A stretch of 24,000 bases of DNA from Crocosphaera sp. UHCC 0190. GTDB taxonomy: Bacteria; Cyanobacteriota; Cyanobacteriia; Cyanobacteriales; Microcystaceae. Position numbers and translations under genes: made by a program. The number at the start of each line of letters is the position of its first letter. Position 1 is the first letter of the stretch. The notes beneath the pieces were generated by a model, which saw only the letters and a list, made by a program, of their open reading frames with translations, was not told the DNA's origin and did no database searches. This document shows positions 8,362-14,887 of the stretch, piece by piece. The stretch is from assembly GCF_034932065.1 (NCBI RefSeq), contig NZ_JAYGHP010000004.1, positions 155,585 to 179,584 of the forward strand, in the 5' to 3' direction.

Positions 8362-9339
8362 ATGTTTACCCTAAAAACGTTGTACCTCATCCTGTTGAGA
8401 ACATTTATATTGAGTCAGATGAAATTGATTAAGCAGACGAAAAATTGGCTTTTAAGCTTGCGGTTCTTATTTCGGCCTATGTTCGTTATTTCTCTGGTTT
8501 TGCATGGCTGGCTGCTTAATTTACCCCTTCCTTCTGCTTCTAAACCAGAGTCTAAGAAACCGGAAGAAATTAAGGAGAAAGTACAAATTACTCGGTTAAT
8601 ACCCCCTTCTTCTCAAAGCACTTCTCAAACTAAACCAACTCCCACCCCTGTCAAGTCTCCTCCTAGAATTAAACCGACACCTAGTCTTCCTAAAATTACA
8701 GCACCACGTCAACAAATCCCACAAATTTCATCACCTTCTCCTCAGCGGAAAATAACCCCTAAGCCTCAAAATTCTTCCCCTAAAAGTTCCTCACAACCGC
8801 CAAAAAAAGAAGCTAAACCCACCCCAACCCCGAAAGCATCTCCGAGTAGTCAACCCAGCCCAAAACCTTCCCCTTCCCAACCTTTACCAGAGGCAAAAAT
8901 CGATAATTCTGCCGTTGCTAATGAAGCAGGTTCTAGTTTACTTGAAGAATTGCGTCCCAGAATTTTAAAACGCTTAGAACAAAGTACCAATGATTTAGCG
9001 GAAATGGAAAAATACCTAGATAGTTTGCCCATACAATTTATTAAAGATGAACAAATTTCTTTCTTTTTAACGGAACAAGAGCAACTAAAATCAGGGGTAT
9101 TAGGCTCATTAAATATTCCACAAACTAATCCTACTAATGCTTTTTTTGACTATATAGAACCCGTCGTGAAAAATGAACTAGGATTTGAAATTACTCAATT
9201 AGAACCTGACTATGGAAACTCCATATTATATCAAGCAAAAAATTCATCAAACGTAGTTTTTTATATGAGTATTGTAAAATTAAAAGGAAGTGGTGCTTTC
9301 TTAGTTTTATGGCCAGATAACCCTAATAAACCTCAATAA
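8362..9339 (+). CDS. TonB-like membrane-anchored proline-rich protein with a non-canonical C-terminal domain
   Basis: The N-terminal hydrophobic helix FVISLVLHGWLL carries an SxxxH(G) motif like E. coli TonB (LLSVCIHGAVV). A ~110-residue Pro/Ser/Lys-rich spacer follows (KPTPTPVKSPPRIKPTP…KPTPTPKASPSSQPSPKPSPSQP). The ~150-aa C-terminal domain lacks the usual TonB YP motif. The start is uncertain: in-frame ATGs occur at 8362, 8419 and 8479. Confidence 0.5.
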   Translation: MFTLKTLYLILLRTFILSQMKLIKQTKNWLLSLRFLFRPMFVISLVLHGWLLNLPLPSASKPESKKPEEIKEKVQITRLIPPSSQSTSQTKPTPTPVKSPPRIKPTPSLPKITAPRQQIPQISSPSPQRKITPKPQNSSPKSSSQPPKKEAKPTPTPKASPSSQPSPKPSPSQPLPEAKIDNSAVANEAGSSLLEELRPRILKRLEQSTNDLAEMEKYLDSLPIQFIKDEQISFFLTEQEQLKSGVLGSLNIPQTNPTNAFFDYIEPVVKNELGFEITQLEPDYGNSILYQAKNSSNVVFYMSIVKLKGSGAFLVLWPDNPNKPQ

Positions 9340-9454
9340 TAAAATATTACTTAAGGTTTAAGGCGATCGCTATCAATACAATGAAAAAAAACAAAATCTG
9401 AATTGCTGGTCAGGGATAGCAGTATAAAGAATTATTAAATTGTAGCGATCACAC

Positions 9455-9706
9455 TTAACAAGTATGTTCTAGCATATATTTTTCTAGTACGGCATTAATT
9501 AAAGTCTGATATTCTTGGGAAGATTGCTGTTTATACCAAGCAACAACCGAGGGATCAAGCTGTAGAGTTACAGGAACTTTTATCGGAGGATTAACAGTAG
9601 CTTCTTGCCAAAATTTGGCATCAGTAGCAGGTATATCTGAATAATCTATATCAGAATCTTTTATCTGACCAAGGATCTTTAATTGTTCCTCTCTCGACAT
9701 ACTCAT
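9455..9706 (-). CDS. brnA: BrnA-family antitoxin
   Basis: MSMSREEQLK…DYSDIPATDAKFWQEA…VPVTLQLDPSVVAWYKQQSSQEYQTLINAVLEKYMLEH matches the BrnA pattern (…lRLD.dvl.wfK..g.gYQt.iN..Lr.y). The track ORF starts at 9730. The ATG at 9706 is preferred because AAAGGAGGA lies 6 nt upstream. Confidence 0.8.
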   Translation of the reverse strand: MSMSREEQLKILGQIKDSDIDYSDIPATDAKFWQEATVNPPIKVPVTLQLDPSVVAWYKQQSSQEYQTLINAVLEKYMLEHTC

Positions 9707-9962
9707 AATAAATCCTCCTTTCCTCTGCATTAGCGCGTCTTGTAGATATAAGCCGTATTTTCTGCCCTCGTAGAGTATACACCGTAACTAAGATAAATTC
9801 TCCTAAAAGTCCCAAAGCGATTAATCTTTCTTCGCCGTAGTCTCTGCGATTATCAGGTTTTGAGATCCAGACTCCTGAAAAGATTTCCTTAGCAAAATTA
9901 AAGTCGATCCCGTGTTTTTCGATATTGATGTTGTTCTTTTGGTCATCCCACTCGAACTCCAT
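9651..9962 (-). CDS. brnT: BrnT-family toxin (DUF497 ribonuclease)
   Basis: MEFEWDDQKNNINIEKHGIDFNFAKEIF…IRLISTRRANAEERRIYYE is the classic BrnT signature (F.WD..K...N..KHG..F..A, IRIISAR.A…E…Y). It lies directly upstream of brnA. A TATAAT on the minus strand (complement of 9992-9997) sits ~30 nt upstream of the ATG. Confidence 0.85.
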   Translation of the reverse strand: MEFEWDDQKNNINIEKHGIDFNFAKEIFSGVWISKPDNRRDYGEERLIALGLLGEFILVTVYTLRGQKIRLISTRRANAEERRIYYEYVERGTIKDPWSDKRF

Positions 9963-10087
9963 CTTTTGACTCTAACTCCATAAAATAATAAATTATACTG
10001 CGATCGCAAATAAATAACTACCTAACAATGTTAACGAAATTTTGAACACTATTACCGAATCCGACATACTTGATAACAATACTTCAC

Positions 10088-10106
10088 GGAAATTGTTTTA
10101 ATTTCC
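10088..10106. terminator. AT-rich hairpin downstream of the exbBD operon
   Basis: GGAAATT-gtttt-AATTTCC, 16 nt beyond the exbD stop (10122). There is a T-run on the plus side (catttttttatt). It is a weak stem. Confidence 0.3.
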
Positions 10107-10121
10107 TTACAAATCATTTTT

Positions 10122-10547
10122 TTATTCCCCTTCAAATCCTAAAGAAACTCGCTCTCCTCCCACATCTCGCAATTGAGTTAATACTTGAATTACTTTTTCA
10201 TAGGAAACATTGGGTTCTGCTACTAATAATATTATTCCCTCTTTCTCTCGATTCAAATAATCTTGGACGGGTAACATAACTTGCTCTAAATTGTCTAAAT
10301 TATTGTTATTTATTTTAAACTTCTCATTAGATTGAATGGTAATTAATAAGTAATTAGGTTGTTTTGGGATGGGTTCATTCTCAGCTTTTTGCTCACTGGG
10401 TAACTGAATATTAACCCCTTGAGGACTGGGGGTTAATTCCATAGAAACAACCACAAAAAAAGCTAACACAGCAATCATAACATTGAGCATCGGGATAATA
10501 TCAATATTTGGCATAGAAGAGCTATGACGTTGACTTTTAAAGCGCAT
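10122..10547 (-). CDS. exbD: ExbD/TolR-family protein, paralog 2 (Asn replaces the conserved TM Asp)
   Basis: N-terminus MRFKSQRHSSSMPNIDIIPMLNVMIAVLAFFVVV aligns to E. coli ExbD INVTPFIDVMLVLLIIFMV. The 141-aa length and third position in the exbB-exbD-exbD operon both fit the family. Confidence 0.8.
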   Translation of the reverse strand: MRFKSQRHSSSMPNIDIIPMLNVMIAVLAFFVVVSMELTPSPQGVNIQLPSEQKAENEPIPKQPNYLLITIQSNEKFKINNNNLDNLEQVMLPVQDYLNREKEGIILLVAEPNVSYEKVIQVLTQLRDVGGERVSLGFEGE

Positions 10548-10555
10548 ATTACTCC

Positions 10556-10978
10556 TTATTTTTTATCATCAATTGCTAAAAATACTGAGCGATCACTAAC
10601 GGTTCCTATCTTTTTTAAGAAGATAGAAATCTGCTGATAAGAAAGTTTTTTGTCAGCTTTTATAATTACTTGTCCTGATGGATTTTTAGACAAAAAATCT
10701 TCTATTTTTGTAATCAATTCAGGTTCCGTAAAAGTTTGATTAGCCATCAAGATTTTGCCCTGATTATTCAAGCCAACAATCAGGGTTTTGGGGTTTTCTT
10801 TATTTTGACTAGATTCCCCTTTAATACTGCTATTAGGAAGATTAATATTCCCTAAATTCTGCCCCGTCAATGTTATTGATGTGATAATAAAAAAGATCAA
10901 AACTGACATCATGACATCAATCATTGGCACTAAATTTACTTCAGGAATTGATGAGCCTCGCTGTTGTTTAAACCGCAT
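10556..10978 (-). CDS. exbD: ExbD/TolR-family biopolymer transport protein, paralog 1
   Basis: MRFKQQRGSSIPEVNLVPMIDVMMSVLIFFII retains the conserved P-x-x-D TM motif. It is 140 aa and lies immediately downstream of exbB. Confidence 0.85.
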   Translation of the reverse strand: MRFKQQRGSSIPEVNLVPMIDVMMSVLIFFIITSITLTGQNLGNINLPNSSIKGESSQNKENPKTLIVGLNNQGKILMANQTFTEPELITKIEDFLSKNPSGQVIIKADKKLSYQQISIFLKKIGTVSDRSVFLAIDDKK

Positions 10979-10987
10979 ATATTTCTT

Positions 10988-11686
10988 TTAATAATTCTCG
11001 ACAGTAATGGAACTAGGGGGCGGTAAAACAGTTGTTCTTTGCTTATTTTGAACAGAAGGTTCATACCAAAATTGACGATAAATTAGTTCCAATTCTGTTC
11101 CTACTTCTGCAAAATAATCAACTTGGCCGGCTTGAAAAGTCACAGAAACCCGATAAATTAATAAAGCTAGAATAGCCACAATCATCCCTGCTGCTGTGGT
11201 AATTAAAGCTTCAGAAATACCCGCCGCAGCTTGAGAGGTTTCTGCCGCACTTCCCCCTTCTCCAATTTTTAAATTACTAAACGTTGTCATCAAACCTGTT
11301 ACCGTTCCTAATAATCCCAATAAAGGAGCAACAGCAATCACAGTTTCTAAAAATTTATCCCCTTTTCGCATTTCAATAAACTCCTTATCTCCCCTCGCTT
11401 CCATTGCTAAACGAAAGGTTTCTGGTGTGGGTTGTTTTAATTGTAGGGGGGCTAATAAAAAGCGTCCAATGGGTAAAAAACGGGCGTGCTGAGCAATTTT
11501 TTGCGCTTCATCAAGATCGTAACGAGCCGTTTCTAAAACATCATGAACAATGCGATTTTCTTGACTTAAAAGACGTATCCAAAACCAAGTTCTCTCTAAG
11601 GCAATGGTGATGGTAAAAACAGATAAACCTAATAAGGGCCACATCACTAGGCCGCCTTTCAAAAATAAGTCGTAAACGTGGGTCAT
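10988..11686 (-). CDS. exbB: ExbB/TolQ/MotA-family proton-channel protein
   Basis: Three predicted TM helices are present. The family signature is also present: APLLGLLGTVTGLMTTF…GISEALITTAAGMIVAILALLIYR. Confidence 0.9.
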   Translation of the reverse strand: MTHVYDLFLKGGLVMWPLLGLSVFTITIALERTWFWIRLLSQENRIVHDVLETARYDLDEAQKIAQHARFLPIGRFLLAPLQLKQPTPETFRLAMEARGDKEFIEMRKGDKFLETVIAVAPLLGLLGTVTGLMTTFSNLKIGEGGSAAETSQAAAGISEALITTAAGMIVAILALLIYRVSVTFQAGQVDYFAEVGTELELIYRQFWYEPSVQNKQRTTVLPPPSSITVENY

Positions 11687-11862
11687 GAACCTAAAAAATT
11701 GCTATTATTTCTAGAAATTGACTGTTATCATTATTTGACAGCAAGGTTAAAATAACGTTAACTGATTGTTTTTTTGCTATAGTTGAGTTATTAGGGCTTA
11801 ATATTATTAAGGCCTCTAGGATAAGATTAGGACTGGCATAAACAAACCTAACACCAAACTGA

Positions 11863-12477
11863 ATGTCTCAAGAAAACTCACCTTCATTAATGATTCCTCA
11901 ACTCATTGTCGGGTTAGGCAACCCAGAAGCAAAATATGATAAAACTCGTCATAATATTGGTTTTGAAGTCGTGGATAAGTTAGCCGATGCTTGGCAATTA
12001 TCTTGGAAAGAAAACCGCCGTTTTCAAGGGATGATCGCGGAAGGAAACAGTCGCAATAATCAAAAAGTTTACTTGCTTAAACCCTTAACCTATATGAACC
12101 GTTCAGGACAATCTGTGCGGGCGGTTACGGATTGGTATAAACTAAATTCAGCCGATGTTTTAACCATTTATGATGATATGGATTTGCCCATCGGACGAAT
12201 GCGAATGCGACTATCGGGTTCAGCAGGAGGACATAATGGGATGAAATCAATTATTGCCCATCTTGGCAACCAAAATTTTCCCCGTTTACGCATTGGTATT
12301 GGCAAGTCTAATCATACTGATGAAACGATTTCCCATGTTTTAGGGCGATTTTCTCCCGATGAAAAAGTTATTATCGATAAGATCTTTCCCCTAGTGGTAG
12401 ACGCGGTGGAAATGAGTCTCAAACAAGGCATTGAAAAAGCCATGAGTCTCTTTAATAGTCAAACCGTCACTAAATAG
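11863..12477 (+). CDS. pth: peptidyl-tRNA hydrolase
   Basis: [21 protein letters not shown]…[16 protein letters not shown]…GGHNGMKSI…RLRIGIG are the canonical Pth motifs. Confidence 0.95.
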   Translation: MSQENSPSLMIPQLIVGLGNPEAKYDKTRHNIGFEVVDKLADAWQLSWKENRRFQGMIAEGNSRNNQKVYLLKPLTYMNRSGQSVRAVTDWYKLNSADVLTIYDDMDLPIGRMRMRLSGSAGGHNGMKSIIAHLGNQNFPRLRIGIGKSNHTDETISHVLGRFSPDEKVIIDKIFPLVVDAVEMSLKQGIEKAMSLFNSQTVTK

Positions 12478-12536
12478 GGTACAATGGAGTATTGTATGTT
12501 AATGATATTCGTGTAGTCTATTCACGGGAGGGGTCA

Positions 12537-12848
12537 TTGGAGCCTAGATTTATTTTAAAAGTTCTTTGGTTAGATGCTAACGTAGCGATCGCAGTTGATC
12601 AAGTGGTCGGAAAAGGAACCAGTCCCTTAACCGCTTATTTCTTCTGGCCACGTAATGATGCTTGGCAACAATTGAAAGATGAATTAGAAGCAAAGCATTG
12701 GATTTCTGAAAACGAGAGAATTGAAATTCTTAATCAAGCAACGGAAGTTATTAATTATTGGCAAGATCTTCGCAACCAAAACAAAAACGTTACCATGAAA
12801 GAAGCTCAAAGTAAGTTTCCTGAAGTCGTTTTTAGTGGTAGTAATTAA
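12537..12848 (+). CDS. ycf65: 30S ribosomal protein PSRP-3 / Ycf65
   Basis: [72 protein letters not shown] is the Ycf65 signature. There is no in-frame ATG. The track uses TTG at 12492. TTG at 12537 is preferred: GGGAGGGG lies at 12526-12533, and as I recall homologs begin just before FILK. Confidence 0.8.
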   Translation: MEPRFILKVLWLDANVAIAVDQVVGKGTSPLTAYFFWPRNDAWQQLKDELEAKHWISENERIEILNQATEVINYWQDLRNQNKNVTMKEAQSKFPEVVFSGSN

Positions 12849-12886
12849 TACCATTTTCATCAACTTGGACTACAGATGTGGATGTT

Positions 12887-12914
12887 GTAGGGGTCAACGG
12901 CCGTTGACCCCTAC
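12887..12914. repeat. 28-bp GC-rich palindromic element (copy 2, perfect); likely terminator
   Basis: GTAGGGGTCAACGG|CCGTTGACCCCTAC is a perfect 14+14 palindrome. It lies 39 nt after the ycf65 stop, in the convergent spacer with the GH57 gene. Confidence 0.6.
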
Positions 12915-12970
12915 GAGAATGTGTGGCTAGACTTTAGGGAATTGGTATAATCAAATTAACTAACAGAAAA

Positions 12971-13043
12971 GGGGGTTTGCTTTGGGTAGCAACTTCCTTT
13001 TTTGCTTTTCAAACCCCTGGGAAGAGAGAAATTTCCCTCTTCC
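12971..13043 (-). terminator. compound intrinsic terminator of the GH57 gene
   Basis: Read on the minus strand after the stop at 13057. Hairpin 1 is GGAAGAGGG-aaattt-CTCTCTTCC (13043-13020). Hairpin 2 is GGGGTTTG…CAAACCCC(C) (13017-13010 pairing with 12979-12972), followed directly by TTTTCTGTT. Confidence 0.45.
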
Positions 13044-13056
13044 TAATTTCTTCAGA

Positions 13057-14646
13057 CTACAAAGGTCGATAAACCCGATAATTGATGTTGGGGAAGATAT
13101 TATCAATTTCTTCCACCTTTTCTAACCAACCGGAATCAACCTTACCCTCTCTGAGATCGTCATAAAGCTTGTTGAGTCGCAATAAATGCGATCGCGTCCG
13201 ACGCACTGCATAGGGAACCATAGTCCCTGTTCGCATAATAAAGGCCCAGTCAGAGGATTGAGCTAATAATAACTCCCGTGCGGCCTGATTTAAAGCCCTC
13301 CATTCCAACTCATCAGCAGGTTCGCGGGAACTCAATTCAATCATCCGTTCTGCTGCTTTATGGAGGTGGGGATAAATCCAGGTATTGGTATGGTTTAACC
13401 AATATTCATGGAACCCCTTATAACCCCAACTCGACTGAGAAGGACGACAAACCTGTTGAGTAGGATTATCCCGTAAATAGTCCGCTAAATGAGTCATATC
13501 AAAGGTATTTTGGTCATACCAGGACTTACGGAACAGGTAATCAATAAACCAAGGGCCCTCATACCACCAGTGACCAAATAACTCAGCATCATAGGGAGAT
13601 ACCACCAGAGGGGGACGTTGCATAATTCCCGCCAAATTCCCCACCTGTTGCTCGCGGTTGTACATAAAATTGGCTGCGTGTTCCGCCGCCTTTTCCTTAG
13701 CCCAATAGGGGTCATAGAGAGCTTTATCAGACATCGCCCCCTGACGATTAGTAATCTTATGATATTTAATCCCAATATTTTTGCGCTGACCATTTGGCAT
13801 GATGTAGGGCTTAATATATTCGTATTCCGCTTCCCAGCCTAAATCTTTGTAAAATTCCCGATATTCAGGATCACCAGGATAACCCACCTTAGAAGACCAA
13901 ACCTGTTGAGAAGATTCATGATCTCGTCCAAAGGCCGCCACCCCTGCTTCCGTAAAGATGGGGGCATAAGTGCCATAACGAGGGCGAGGACGAGCATATA
14001 AAATCCCATGACCATCCACTAAAAAGTAACGTAAACCAGCGTCCGCCAGCATCCGTTCTACCCCTTCATAATAAGCACATTCCGGCAACCAAATTCCCTT
14101 GGGAGGACGGCCAAAAGTTTCCTCATAATGCTCACAAGCGACCTTAATCTGGGCCCAAACCGCTTGAGGATACATTTTCATCAAAGGGAAATAACCATGA
14201 GTCGCCCCACAGGTAATAATTTCCAGGTTATTACTATCCAGAAATTGTTTAAAGGCTAGAATTAAATCCCCGTTGTGGCGTTCCCAGGTTTCCCGAATTA
14301 GAGCAAATTCCTTGTGATAGAACTCAGCCAAGTAGCGAATATGGCCATTATGTTCGTTATGCTCAATTTCCTTTTCAATCAGTTCTTGTAACTTGGCTAA
14401 ATGCTCATCATAACGCTCTTGTAATAAGGGGTCGCGCAACATCGACACCAAAGGCGGTGTCATACTCATGGTGATCTTGAAATCTATGCCATCCCGCTTA
14501 AGTCCTTCAAAGACATGAAGGAGAGGAATATAGGTTTCTGTGATCGCTTCATAAAGCCATTCTTCTTCTAAAACATAGTCACTTTCCGGATGTCGAACAA
14601 AAGGTAAGTGAGCATGAAGGACAAGGGCGACGTAGCCAAGAGCCAT
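13057..14646 (-). CDS. glycoside hydrolase family 57 protein (GH57-type alpha-glucan branching/processing enzyme, DUF1957-containing)
   Basis: N-terminus MALGYVALVLHAHLPFVRHPE, …CGATHGYFPL…, …WLPECAY…, …SPYDAELFGHWWYEGP… are GH57 hallmarks. Length is ~530 aa. The track start at 14658 is a TTG; the ATG at 14646 is preferred. Confidence 0.9.
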   Translation of the reverse strand: MALGYVALVLHAHLPFVRHPESDYVLEEEWLYEAITETYIPLLHVFEGLKRDGIDFKITMSMTPPLVSMLRDPLLQERYDEHLAKLQELIEKEIEHNEHNGHIRYLAEFYHKEFALIRETWERHNGDLILAFKQFLDSNNLEIITCGATHGYFPLMKMYPQAVWAQIKVACEHYEETFGRPPKGIWLPECAYYEGVERMLADAGLRYFLVDGHGILYARPRPRYGTYAPIFTEAGVAAFGRDHESSQQVWSSKVGYPGDPEYREFYKDLGWEAEYEYIKPYIMPNGQRKNIGIKYHKITNRQGAMSDKALYDPYWAKEKAAEHAANFMYNREQQVGNLAGIMQRPPLVVSPYDAELFGHWWYEGPWFIDYLFRKSWYDQNTFDMTHLADYLRDNPTQQVCRPSQSSWGYKGFHEYWLNHTNTWIYPHLHKAAERMIELSSREPADELEWRALNQAARELLLAQSSDWAFIMRTGTMVPYAVRRTRSHLLRLNKLYDDLREGKVDSGWLEKVEEIDNIFPNINYRVYRPL

Positions 14647-14887
14647 AGTAGTTCCCAATCGTGACGATTTAAGTTTTTACGGTTAAACTTTAAGATTAAG
14701 TCTAGTTGATTTTATACTATCTTAAGATTCTAGAATAGAATGGATAGGAAAAAAAGCTTCTTGTGACCGAGCCTTGCAACAAGATTGTCCAATGGTTCCA
14801 ATAAACATTAGAATCAATCCAATTCCTGCTTGCTGTCGGCTCGAAATAGAGTCTAACCTAATTGTAAGTATATAGTATTGAGTTACA

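Noticed and set aside
8850-9032. 60-aa minus-strand ORF inside the proline-rich protein gene.
   Set aside because: It is antisense to the Pro/Ser-rich coding region. The G-rich complement of CCN codons naturally stays open, so this is an artefact.
9821-10009. 62-aa minus-strand ORF overlapping brnT.
   Set aside because: It is an alternative frame of the same strand as brnT. The BrnT frame carries the clear family signature and this one has none.
10070-10279. 69-aa plus-strand ORF.
   Set aside because: It is antisense to the 3' end of exbD paralog 2, starts at a non-ATG codon and has no motifs.
11404-11610. 68-aa plus-strand ORF inside exbB.
   Set aside because: It is antisense to a confidently identified exbB. 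It is a shadow ORF.
12943-13053. Possible plus-strand small RNA. It would comprise an extended -10 promoter TGgTATAAT (12943-12951), a structured ~90-nt region, and a hairpin GGAAGAG…CTCTTCC followed by taatttcttc.
   Set aside because: The same hairpins read on the minus strand form a better intrinsic terminator for the GH57 gene (GGGGTTTG…CAAACCCCC followed by TTTTCTGTT). There is no convincing -35 element, and the structure is explained without invoking a new RNA. Only RNA-seq could revive the idea.
13278-13842. Three short ORFs (13278-13463 +, 13494-13793 -, 13618-13842 +) within the GH57 gene.
   Set aside because: All are nested in or antisense to the 530-aa GH57 ORF, which has strong family motifs. 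None has independent support.
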